Source of the DNA: a virus | Taxonomy: Duplodnaviria > Caudoviricetes | Reading direction: 5' to 3' (one strand) | Length of the DNA stretch: 64,000 nucleotides | Virus record (IMG/VR): IMGVR_UViG_3300033067_001299 | Span: 7,769 to 71,768 of that record | Part shown: piece by piece, positions 26,725 through 35,686 of the stretch | Position numbering within the stretch: position 1 is the stretch's first letter | Layout: each line of letters begins with the position of its first letter | Translations under genes and position numbers: made by a program | The notes under the pieces: model-generated | What the model was told of the DNA's origin: nothing | Databases searched by the model: none | Seen by the model: only the letters and a program-made list of their open reading frames with translations

Positions 26725-27213
26725 CTATTTGAAGATGTTCGTGCTGAAGAACCGGTTCATGATCTTCAGTATGCGCTTGTCGGCGCGCTCGCTGACGCCG
26801 AGAAACGGGCGTGCCGGGATGTCGCCCCAAGGGCCGCCTCCTCCAGAGCCTTTCTTGACGAAGAAATGGAAGTGCGGAGCGTAATGGAGATCGCTTCCGA
26901 TCAGCACGGAATCCCCGACCACGCGAAACTTGAGCGATCTGACGAGATCGCCTGTCCACGTCCCGACGAACTCCGCGCCTCTCGTGTTGCCGGACCATCG
27001 CTTGATCTTTACCGTCGACTCTTTCAGCTTCGCCCACTTCTTGCGCTGCGGCGAGCGCTGCTTGTCGAACACCTCGGTCTTGACGAAATCGACGTAGTCG
27101 GCTCCGATCTCGCCCATCAGCCGCTCTTTCATCTGCGGGTTGATGGTTTCCGCAAGCTCGCGCAACGCTCTCTGAATCCGCTCGTTGCCAGACACGTCGG
27201 AATCGATTCTCAT
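26725..27213 (-). CDS. virion morphogenesis protein (Mu gpG/tail-S-like)
   Basis: F..QRSP..KKWAKL...TGDLVRSL...IGSDLHYA...IPARPFLGVS. Confidence 0.85.
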   Translation of the reverse strand: MRIDSDVSGNERIQRALRELAETINPQMKERLMGEIGADYVDFVKTEVFDKQRSPQRKKWAKLKESTVKIKRWSGNTRGAEFVGTWTGDLVRSLKFRVVGDSVLIGSDLHYAPHFHFFVKKGSGGGGPWGDIPARPFLGVSERADKRILKIMNRFFSTNIFK

Positions 27214-27224
27214 ATCTCGTCACC

Positions 27225-27425
27225 TCACAGCATCAGCACGAGCACGTCGTCGTCGTCGTTTCGCCTGGTTGGAACTCTGAGTCGATCCGGGTGGCGTCTG
27301 CCTCCAGAGCTTCTCAGCACCGAACCTTCTCTCGGTCTCGTGGCGGGTAGCTCGACATCTCCAAATATAAATGACAGCAAGGAGAACGAGATCGTCGCGA
27401 ACGACCGCTCGTCAAACACCGGCAC
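27225..27425 (-). CDS. hypothetical virion-associated protein
   Basis: VFDERSFATISF...GG...DDDVLVLML pattern; coupled to neighbours. Confidence 0.45.
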   Translation of the reverse strand: MPVFDERSFATISFSLLSFIFGDVELPATRPREGSVLRSSGGRRHPDRLRVPTRRNDDDDVLVLML

Positions 27426-27921
27426 CTCTCCACTTGTCGCTCTCTGTTCCGGCTCCGAGCAGCGTCGATCCGTTCATCTTTTGAACGTCCACCGGGATGG
27501 CGGTCGCGTTCAGCGCGGCCACGACCGCTTCTGCGATCTCTGAAGCGGACGGCCCGGAGCTTCCAGATGTCGCGATGCCCTGCGCCTGCACCGGCACCGT
27601 GTACTGCACGCTGACGTTGTAGTTGCCGAGCGTCTGCACGACCGGCACGCCTCCTCCTTCGACGAACAGGTTGCCCGTGATGATCAGCGTGTGGCTCGCC
27701 TCCATCGGGCGGACACGCCAACCGTTCAGCAAAAACAAGTAGTTCGGAATGAACAGCCCGCCTCCGAGATCGTCGCCGCCAGCGTGCCGAAACGCCGGGA
27801 GATACTTTGCGTTGTCCGACAGCAGCATCCAATCTTCCCAGCGCGAGAATACTTCCTCAGCCGTGACGCTCGCGGAGTCCAGGATGATCCGCTTGGCTGC
27901 CGGATCGAAGGAGATCGCCAT
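27412..27921 (-). CDS. virion structural protein
   Basis: 169-aa ORF in the structural block. Confidence 0.55.
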   Translation of the reverse strand: MAISFDPAAKRIILDSASVTAEEVFSRWEDWMLLSDNAKYLPAFRHAGGDDLGGGLFIPNYLFLLNGWRVRPMEASHTLIITGNLFVEGGGVPVVQTLGNYNVSVQYTVPVQAQGIATSGSSGPSASEIAEAVVAALNATAIPVDVQKMNGSTLLGAGTESDKWRGAGV

Positions 27922-29272
27922 CAGGCATATGCCCGATCTGTCTCTCCGACCAGAGACAGGCCGATGGTCTTGCTGCGCGTCAGCGTTCCGGTCGCGACCG
28001 CGAACTTTCCGTAACCGGGACGGATGCCGATCAGCGTCACCGCTTTGTCGGTTCCAGCCGTGCCCCCATAGGCGTCATTGTCGTAATCGAAATCGAACAA
28101 AATCGACCCGCTGCTGATCGTGCCGGCGATGTCCGTTCCAGCCGCATTCTTGACGGTAATCGCTCCGGCCTCACCGTAGTCGTTGCCGTCCCCAGAAGGC
28201 GAGGTGTACATCATCCGATAGCTTGACCCCGCCCCCACCAGCGCGGCGTTAAAGGTGAGCGTTCCCGCAGCCGTGTAAGGGTTCTCTCGGAACGTGCCGC
28301 CGTCGTCTTTGAACTTGATGCGGTTTGAGTCGGCGGACTGGATGTTGTCGATATAGACCGACTGCGCGGTTTCCAGCGTATCGCCCACAAACGCCAATAG
28401 CGCCGCCTGAATCTTGCCTGTCTTGGTGCCATCCGTCCCGCTGGCGTTGATGTCGCTGTTCTGGCGGAGCAGGTATTGAATCTTCGTGTAAATCTGCTCT
28501 AGCGTGGCGCTGTTGCCGTCGATGATGATCTTGAAGTTGCGCGACACGCCGCCGATAGTGCGCGTCTGGTTCGCCGTATAGTAACTGACGGTAATACCGC
28601 TGTACGGAGCGCCGGTCATTGCACCATCCGCCGCCTGAATTTTCAGATCATCCTCGTTCGAGAGCAGCAGGTGACGAGATAGGCTCCGGTCGCCGTCTTG
28701 CCGGTATCGGCCAGCACGGAATCCTTGTACTTCTTGCCGTACTCGCGGCAGTATCCCTTGAAGTAGGTTCTGCTGTCGAAGTTGCCGTTGGCGGCATCTC
28801 CATAAACCTGAATGCCCTCGTTGCACTGGTCGGTAAAGGTGAAGTTCGCCGCAGCGCCGCCGCTGGTCTTCTGGTAGTAAAGCTGCGCGCCGCTCGACAC
28901 GGAACCGAGACCCACGATACCCACATATTCGCGGTTCAGTACCCCGGCACTGGAATACTCGCGCCATCCGCCGTCGCGCATCATCTGCCGCGTGGCATCA
29001 TTGGCCGGTTTCCAGCCGCTATAGTTGCCGCCCGCATCGACACCGAAATAATACTGACCAGAGAGCGCATCCAGCGCGTTCATCGGGAAGGGGCTGTCCT
29101 GATACGTCGAGGTCGCCCAAAGATCGCAGAACTTGGAGTAAAGCGCCTGGATCGTCACGCCGTCCTTCGCCACGAGATTTCCCGCGACGTTGAGCGTGAA
29201 AGTGCGGCCCGGCTCGTCAATCGTGAGTTCCGTGCCGACGCTGATCTGTGCTTTGCTCGTGATCTTTGCCAT
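27921..29272 (-). pseudogene. ~450-aa virion structural protein split by a 1-nt frameshift near 28671
   Basis: ORF 28643..29272 reads ...KTATGAYLV and ORF 27921..28967 continues LLLSNEDDLKIQ...; the junction reads GTC AC CTG CTG, one base short. Confidence 0.7.
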
Positions 29273-29281
29273 TGTGGTTCC

Positions 29282-31864
29282 TTACTGATAATTGCGGTCT
29301 GCCTGTTGCGCGCACGGCAGCGAAGCGTTTGACGATGGGAGCGTGTAGTTCCGCACGAGCGGAAGAACGACGTAGCCCGGCTTGATCACATCGATGTCCA
29401 CCGATACCGGCGTTTCGTAGGTGTAGGCCCACGTCGCCTCAGCGTTTGCATCCACCGAACCGAGGATGGTGCTCGAACCGGCAGAGCGCACCACCACGTC
29501 TGACCCAGACACCAGCCCGGTTAGTGTCAGCGTGATCGTGTCCAGCGGATACTGGTAGTCTTGCGCCGTCGTGCTGCTGTTTGTGAGCAGGTAGACCGAT
29601 GTGATCGCGGTTGTGTTGGTCGTTCCGGTCGTGATCTTGAGTTTGAGCTTGAAGCCCTTGGAGGCGTCAATGCCGGTCAGGCCGTTCAGCGCCGTACCGA
29701 GTTGCGCGGCGGTGTAACTGCTACTCGTCATCGCGCTATAGCCGTTGCCGTCGTTCTTGTCGATACTGTACTCGAACCGATAGTTGCCGACCGTACCGCC
29801 CGCCATCACGAGCGCGGAGTTCTGGAAGCCGGTGTGTCCGAGCGTGTAATACTCCATCTCGAATGTCGCTGTCATGCCGATAGTTGGCATGTAAAGCCCG
29901 CCTGCCGCCGTGAAACCGGCACCACCTGTGAGCGTGACATAGCTCGCCGTCAGCGTCGTCGGCTCGTTCATCAGAATTGCGATGAGACCTGCTGTAGTCG
30001 AGGTATAGAGGTCTTTCCAGTGCGTTCCGTAAACGGCGGTCTGCGCGGTCAACGCGCCCGTCCCGCCCATGCCTTTGACCTTCATATTCAGGCAAGCCAT
30101 CACATCCGCAGCGTCGGCATAGTCGCCGAAAACCTGCTCTTGCAGAATGCGGTTGCACGAATTGTCGCCGGTCATGATGCCGGTTCGCGTGTTTGAGCAA
30201 TACACCCGCTGCACCTTTACGTCTTGCGCGGCGGTCGTCAGTGCGTAAATCAGGCCGCAGGCATTCGCGCTACCCAACGTAACCGGCGAGGCGCGTGTGC
30301 CGATGCTCCGCAACTTGATGTTGGCTGATGCGCCGGTGACCGAGAGTAAAGCCGTATAGGGATGCGTGTTCGTCACCGGCATCGAGAGACCAGAGAACGT
30401 GGCATTGAGCGTGTTCGATGCAGCCGTCCACACATACCCCGCATAGGTCGTGACCGTCGTACCTGAGACCGCCTCGCAATAGACCGTACCCGTCACCGTG
30501 ATGTTGGTGCAGGTCGTGAAAGTCATCGCTCCCTGAATAATGACCGGATCGGTCCATGTGCAATTCTGGCAGCGTGTAGCATTGAGCGAGTACGTCGTGG
30601 CGTGGCCGCGAATCGTGTTCGCGCGGGTCGTGTCTCGCGTGAAGGTAAAACCGGAGATGTCGGTCAGCGTGTTAGTGTGTGCCCCGGATGCCGCCATCGA
30701 GACTCGCGCCCACACGCAGTCGGTGAAGGTTCCACCCGCAAAGCAGTAACTCATCGTTAGTGGAGACACCAGCAAAGCTGTCGTCGGTTTGTTGCCCACA
30801 CCAACCTTGCCGAAAGTCATCGGAGAAGCGACTTCGGAGATGCTGATCGCATCGACAAAACCGCTGTTCGAGATATTGACCGAATACGCCTGCGACACCG
30901 AGAGATACCAGGCGAAGTTGCCCTTGTCGATCTCCAGAACACCGCCGCCCGTCGTGGTGAAGTCGTAGCGCGTGCCGACCGTCGCGTTCGGGATGACGTT
31001 CGCCGTGCGCGCTGCCGTGGTGTTGTTCTCAAAGAAGATATTGGGCACCACCACCTTGCGCCCGGATGTCGGGGTGTGGCCGTTGGTTGCCGCACCGGAG
31101 TTGCCGATTCGCACCAGTCCGGCGTTGTCGATCCAGACCACCTTACCGAGTGTCGCGTCCGTGCCGGTCGTGGTCGTGGTGCCAGCGTTCGGCCAGAACT
31201 CGTAGTCGCCAGCACCGCTTGTTGCCTCGATGAACACCCCGGCCAGATAGCGCAGCGTGCCGTTGTTCGGGCATTGCATCGTCTGGTTGCTGCTGCCGGA
31301 TGTCGTTCCAAGCTCAAACCACTCGCCAGTCACGCGGAAGGTGCCGAGCCGGTTGGCGTTGATCGTGCCTGCCTCGTCGCCGTTCACCTCGATGAACCCG
31401 CGAATCGCGGCCCCGTTGGCGGTGAGCGTGAAGCCAGCGTAGGTGCCGCTGCTGATCGTTCCCGGCGTTCCTGACGCGTTTGTGACCTTGAGCCAGCCTG
31501 ACGCTCCTGTGGTGGCGGGAGCCGCCGTCAGAGAGGTGTAGATGCCGACGGTGTTGCATGTGATCCCGCCGACGGTGATCTGTGTTCCGAGCGTGAGCGT
31601 CCCGGAGCCGCCAGTGAACGGAATCATCCACACCTTCGTCCCGTCGATGTGGATTTCACCGCCCTTGGAGGCGTTGATCGTCAGGTTTCCCCAAGTCGTG
31701 CTGGTCGTTCCGCTCAGCCCGTAGCGAGAATCCTGATCGATGGTCAGCTTGAACCCGTTTGTGTCAACCGTGTCGCCGCCCGAGCGAGCCGTCGCAACGC
31801 CCCAGATTCCGGCGTTGCCCACATCGCGCAGCGTGGCGTTGGCGGCGAGAGTGTATGCGGTCAA
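29282..31864 (-). CDS. large T/G/A-rich virion protein (fibre/spike-like, beta-helix)
   Basis: 860 aa, very T/S/G/A-rich. Confidence 0.6.
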   Translation of the reverse strand: MTAYTLAANATLRDVGNAGIWGVATARSGGDTVDTNGFKLTIDQDSRYGLSGTTSTTWGNLTINASKGGEIHIDGTKVWMIPFTGGSGTLTLGTQITVGGITCNTVGIYTSLTAAPATTGASGWLKVTNASGTPGTISSGTYAGFTLTANGAAIRGFIEVNGDEAGTINANRLGTFRVTGEWFELGTTSGSSNQTMQCPNNGTLRYLAGVFIEATSGAGDYEFWPNAGTTTTTGTDATLGKVVWIDNAGLVRIGNSGAATNGHTPTSGRKVVVPNIFFENNTTAARTANVIPNATVGTRYDFTTTGGGVLEIDKGNFAWYLSVSQAYSVNISNSGFVDAISISEVASPMTFGKVGVGNKPTTALLVSPLTMSYCFAGGTFTDCVWARVSMAASGAHTNTLTDISGFTFTRDTTRANTIRGHATTYSLNATRCQNCTWTDPVIIQGAMTFTTCTNITVTGTVYCEAVSGTTVTTYAGYVWTAASNTLNATFSGLSMPVTNTHPYTALLSVTGASANIKLRSIGTRASPVTLGSANACGLIYALTTAAQDVKVQRVYCSNTRTGIMTGDNSCNRILQEQVFGDYADAADVMACLNMKVKGMGGTGALTAQTAVYGTHWKDLYTSTTAGLIAILMNEPTTLTASYVTLTGGAGFTAAGGLYMPTIGMTATFEMEYYTLGHTGFQNSALVMAGGTVGNYRFEYSIDKNDGNGYSAMTSSSYTAAQLGTALNGLTGIDASKGFKLKLKITTGTTNTTAITSVYLLTNSSTTAQDYQYPLDTITLTLTGLVSGSDVVVRSAGSSTILGSVDANAEATWAYTYETPVSVDIDVIKPGYVVLPLVRNYTLPSSNASLPCAQQADRNYQ

Positions 31865-31867
31865 TGA

Positions 31868-32101
31868 TTACCCCAAACGAACGATAAAAACCTGATCGTT
31901 GAACAGTTTGGCTTCGATCAGGTAGGCTTCCTGCGAGATCGCTCCGGCCAGTTTCAACTGATCGGAAAGCCCGAGCAAGTCGCCGCCCGCGATGTAATTC
32001 GTGACGGCCGCATAACCCAAATTCACGCCATCCATGTTCGCTAGCGTTTGCCAGTCAAGCTGCGTCCATTCTGGCGGGATAATGAAAATGAAGTCGCTCA
32101 T
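31868..32101 (-). CDS. hypothetical protein
   Basis: 77-aa ORF. Confidence 0.5.
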   Translation of the reverse strand: MSDFIFIIPPEWTQLDWQTLANMDGVNLGYAAVTNYIAGGDLLGLSDQLKLAGAISQEAYLIEAKLFNDQVFIVRLG

Positions 32102-32102
32102 G

Positions 32103-32294
32103 CTAAACCCTCACGATTTTGATGCCGGCTTCCATCATCTCTGAGAGCGCGCTGTCTTCTTGCAGCGTGAGCGTGACGATGCCGCCAAGCACCTTGAGTC
32201 CGGCGACGTTCGGAACCTGCTGCCCTTTCCAGTAGATCGATGGCGTCGGAGTGTGCGCTCCAACGATGGTCAGATCGGTTTGCACGGTGTTCAT
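32103..32294 (-). CDS. hypothetical protein
   Basis: 63-aa ORF. Confidence 0.5.
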   Translation of the reverse strand: MNTVQTDLTIVGAHTPTPSIYWKGQQVPNVAGLKVLGGIVTLTLQEDSALSEMMEAGIKIVRV

Positions 32295-32345
32295 GGCTTC
32301 AATCCTTCAGAGAAAAGTTCGTGAAAGCGTTCGATATCGCCGGGT

Positions 32346-34148
32346 CTACTCTCCGATCTGATCGGGTTCGACATCGGTTTCGATCTGCGTGGTCTTGACG
32401 ATCTGGCCGCCACTGTCGCGCTCGACGTCCGTCACGGTCTGTCTCGTCCCGAGCTTGACACTGACTTCTGGAGTGACGCTGACGTTCGGCGCTTCGACGT
32501 TCACGGTGACGACCGGCTCTGGCGAGACGAAGTTCACCACTGGAGCGGGCTGCTCCGGAACGTGGACGACGATCTCGCTAACGTGATCGGGAGCGGTGAA
32601 GTTCACGACGGGCGCTCGCTGTTCAGGCACGTTGACCGTCACGCTCGGAGCGGATTGCTCGGGCATCGTCACGCTGACGTGGATCGGTTGCGCGTCCTGG
32701 TTCAAGCTGATAGATATAGGCTCGGACTGGCTTACCTTTCCTTCCGGCAAGTGAATCTCGTTGGTCAGGTGCACGACCGAGCGGTCTCCGGACGAGAACT
32801 CTCTCTTTTGGATCGGCGTGTTTCCGAAACGGAGATTCGACATCATTTCAGAATCGGTCACGCTTCTGTCTGACACGGAGTCGTCCTGTCCGATTCGTCC
32901 GTCGTCGATCCGTCCGGTCGCCTCGTCCTCGGAATCGACGATGTCCTCTTCCTCGGTCTCCATCTTGACGAGATCGTTGGCGCGAAGGTCGTAGCGGTCG
33001 AGGAAGTAGCCTTCCGAGAGCTTGAAGCCGCTGCTGGTCAGCACGCCGGACAGCAGGTTGTCTCGCTGCGCGCGGGCCAGTTCGAGGCCGGAGTCGTCGG
33101 CCTGCAAGAACTTCGGGGCCGGCCAGCGGTTGACGGCGCACAGCATGTTCACAATGGCCTGACCGGCGCGAGAGGTCATGCGGATGTCGGCGCGGCGCTT
33201 GTCGTTGCGCACCTCGTTGTGGATGGCCGCCACAGCGTAGCTGCCGGATGTGCCCACGTCGGATGTCATGGTCTGGCCGAGAATGAGCTTCTGGATGCGG
33301 CGGATCAGCGCTTTCTCCAGCCGCTCGAACTCGCCAGGGGCCGAGGCGTTGATGGTGTCCACTTTGTCGGTGTCCGTCACGCTCTTCCACGCGATGGTGG
33401 AGCGCACGCCCTGAGCGCTCATCGCCTCGACGAAGTCCTCGTAGTTCGTCACCTGGCCGAGCACGATGGGTTCGCCGAAGGTCTCCATGAACTGGAGCCA
33501 CATGCCCCATCCCTCGCGCCGCCACGTCACAGGGAAGTACAGCGGCGAGAGCAGCGCCTTTCCATACGGGTTCTGGTAGGTCGCGTTGCAGCGGGTCAGC
33601 AGGAACTTGAGCGGAGAGACCTCGATGCCTTCGGTGCCACCAGTGCCGTCGTCAGGGAAGTAGCGCAGCGTGCCGTCCTGCTGCGGCGCGAACCACTGCA
33701 TCGGCTTCTGCGAGAGCCGGTCGATGCCGATGCCCTTGTCGGTCTGCTTGTAGATCACCTCGACGACCGAGTATCCGTAGAATCTCGCGTCCATCGCGGC
33801 GCGCAACAGCTCTTCGACGTGCGGATCGATCATGGCGCGCAGCCACTTCGAGACGCGCTGGTTCTGCGGCTCGACGCGCCACGGAGTCGAGATCACGGCT
33901 TCGACCCGTGTGTCCACGCACTGTGCGACCTCGTCGTCCAGCTCCAGCGTCTGAAGCTGGTGGCGCTTGATGCCGGCCTTTCTCAGCAGCTCGTCAGGGT
34001 CCGGCACGCTGCCGAGGAAGGAAAGCAGCTTCGAGATCGCAACCTCGCTTTCGAGCAGGCGTTTGGCAGTCCTGAAGGACGTGGTCTGTGCGGCGGCGGT
34101 GAAGGGTCGCCCGAAAGCGTCGACGAGAGCGCTCATTCTGTTCTCCAA
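32346..34148 (-). CDS. portal protein (DUF935/Mu gp29-like) with C-terminal extension
   Basis: AMDARFYGYSVVEV...NPYGKALLSPLY...FMETFGEP...ILGQTMTS...A.IHNEVR.. Confidence 0.9.
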   Translation of the reverse strand: MENRMSALVDAFGRPFTAAAQTTSFRTAKRLLESEVAISKLLSFLGSVPDPDELLRKAGIKRHQLQTLELDDEVAQCVDTRVEAVISTPWRVEPQNQRVSKWLRAMIDPHVEELLRAAMDARFYGYSVVEVIYKQTDKGIGIDRLSQKPMQWFAPQQDGTLRYFPDDGTGGTEGIEVSPLKFLLTRCNATYQNPYGKALLSPLYFPVTWRREGWGMWLQFMETFGEPIVLGQVTNYEDFVEAMSAQGVRSTIAWKSVTDTDKVDTINASAPGEFERLEKALIRRIQKLILGQTMTSDVGTSGSYAVAAIHNEVRNDKRRADIRMTSRAGQAIVNMLCAVNRWPAPKFLQADDSGLELARAQRDNLLSGVLTSSGFKLSEGYFLDRYDLRANDLVKMETEEEDIVDSEDEATGRIDDGRIGQDDSVSDRSVTDSEMMSNLRFGNTPIQKREFSSGDRSVVHLTNEIHLPEGKVSQSEPISISLNQDAQPIHVSVTMPEQSAPSVTVNVPEQRAPVVNFTAPDHVSEIVVHVPEQPAPVVNFVSPEPVVTVNVEAPNVSVTPEVSVKLGTRQTVTDVERDSGGQIVKTTQIETDVEPDQIGE

Positions 34149-34213
34149 AGTTTTCTTTCTGAGCTACCTTTCCGGCAGTGAAGGAGCTTGTCGAGGTTTC
34201 GGGCAACGCGATG

Positions 34214-34241
34214 ATTATGACAGAGAATCTGCTACATTCAA
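34214..34241 (-). promoter_or_regulatory. possible promoter upstream of the portal gene
   Basis: Minus strand TTGAAT, 16 bp, CATAAT with extended TG. Confidence 0.35.
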
Positions 34242-34315
34242 GCGTTCTTTGCAACCGTTTCGCGACAGGCGATCACGAGTGATCGACGTTCGCTCCCAGC
34301 GCGTCGAGAACAATG

Positions 34316-34714
34316 CTAAACCCTTCCTGTCGATCTGTATTTCCTGTCTTCCATCAATGCTCGCTCGATAAACTGATCTATCTTTCCGTTAATAGCCTCC
34401 ATAACAGGAACGGATAATTCTCCATCTGTGGCAACATTTCTCTCGAAATGATAGGTCCTCACGACATTGCTCATCGCTCTTCGAGGATCAGGGCCAGCCT
34501 CGTAAAGACCTATGATCTTTTTTGACAAACCGTTGAACGCCTCTCTCTGGTTTGACGGTCTATCCCTGTTCGACTGTCCTGTAGCAACAAGACCCGTTTC
34601 GATATGCGTTATCCTGCAACAGTTTTGATGCTTGTTGCGATACTGGCCTCCTGCTCCGGTTCCAGAGAACCAGTCAACCCTGAAATCTTTCTTTGTAAGA
34701 TGAAGCTCTTTCAT
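34316..34714 (-). CDS. RF-1-domain peptidyl-tRNA hydrolase (release factor homolog, PrfH/ArfB-like)
   Basis: FSGTGAGGQYRNK...RITHIETG...RDRPSNQREAF; intact GGQ motif. Confidence 0.9.
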   Translation of the reverse strand: MKELHLTKKDFRVDWFSGTGAGGQYRNKHQNCCRITHIETGLVATGQSNRDRPSNQREAFNGLSKKIIGLYEAGPDPRRAMSNVVRTYHFERNVATDGELSVPVMEAINGKIDQFIERALMEDRKYRSTGRV

Positions 34715-34722
34715 CGTTCGAC

Positions 34723-35571
34723 CTATAGCAGTTTGGGCCGGATCGTCACCAGCGGCTCTGGCACCGTACCGACCATCGTGAAATCGGACGCTTTGAACTC
34801 AGGTATGGATCCCGTCCAACTAACGGAAGGATTATAGCACAATTTGTGCGATACGTCAAGAGTCTGACAGGCTATCGACAGGATGTGTTTGGCGCACGCC
34901 AAGTGCGATTCTTCTTGATAGAGATGAACATCTCCGAATATCCATCGTAGACTTCCTACTTCGAGTTCGCTCCATCGAGCGAGATAAAGAAGAAGCGCCC
35001 AGTACTGGATCCAGTTGTGCGGGACGCCCAAAAGAATGTCGGCGCTTCGCTGATACTGAGTCATGTGCAGTTTTCCGCCTCGAGCGTGGCACTGGATCAG
35101 CGATCCGTGACAGTTCGTGGGCGTTTTCGGATTGTCGTTGTAGCTCGTGATCTCGGACATCTCCTTCGCGTTCCACGTCGAGATGACGAGCCGACGAGAG
35201 TTCTGGTGATCTAGTAAACCTTCGAGCAAATATCTGACCTGATCGAATCCGCTGTCGATCATGTGATCTTCCGAGTAGTTGCGAAGCTGATCGCCGTAAC
35301 CGCAAATGTAGCGGCCTTCTTTGTTCAGTTGGCCGTCCCACCAGTCTCGAAGCTCGGCAGGACACAGCGAGTCACCGGACATGAACCACTCCATCTCGCG
35401 GATGGCCTTCTTCCGCGCCGTCTTGCGCCACGTCACCAGCGGAGTCTCGCGAAACACGATCTGCCGGTAGTCGATCAGCGACTTGCACGGCGCGTTTCTC
35501 GAATCGACGAAGTATCCGTTGTTCGTGATCTCGCGGATGATCTCTCGGTATTCGATGTCGCACAGCGTCAT
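34723..35571 (-). CDS. thyA: thymidylate synthase
   Basis: REMEWFM, YGDQLR, SRRLVISTWN, NCH catalytic Cys, YQRSADILLGVPHN, GDVHLY. Confidence 0.92.
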   Translation of the reverse strand: MTLCDIEYREIIREITNNGYFVDSRNAPCKSLIDYRQIVFRETPLVTWRKTARKKAIREMEWFMSGDSLCPAELRDWWDGQLNKEGRYICGYGDQLRNYSEDHMIDSGFDQVRYLLEGLLDHQNSRRLVISTWNAKEMSEITSYNDNPKTPTNCHGSLIQCHARGGKLHMTQYQRSADILLGVPHNWIQYWALLLYLARWSELEVGSLRWIFGDVHLYQEESHLACAKHILSIACQTLDVSHKLCYNPSVSWTGSIPEFKASDFTMVGTVPEPLVTIRPKLL

Positions 35572-35599
35572 TGTTTTTCCTTTACCGTTTAACTTTGCG

Positions 35600-35674
35600 T
35601 GGAGCCGCACGAAGGACTCGAACCCTCAACCCATCGGATACAAGCCGATTGCTCTACCGTTGAGCTAGTGCGGC
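35600..35674 (-). tRNA. trnT: tRNA-Thr(UGU) with encoded CCA
   Basis: Cloverleaf: GCCGCAC/GTGCGGC acceptor stem, GCTC/GAGC D arm, ATCGG-CTTGTAT-CCGAT anticodon arm, TTCGA T loop, 3' TCCA. Confidence 0.93.
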
Positions 35675-35686
35675 GAACGAGATCGA

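Noticed and set aside
34723-35571. dCMP hydroxymethylase or base-modification pathway
   Set aside because: The specificity position in QRSADILLGVPHN is Asn, as in dUMP-specific ThyA, and no glycosyltransferase or modifier genes were seen.
35579-35599. Self-target of guide unit 5 (CCTTTACCG...AACTTTGCG)
   Set aside because: The halves are separated by 3 nt and carry three mismatches; not credible.
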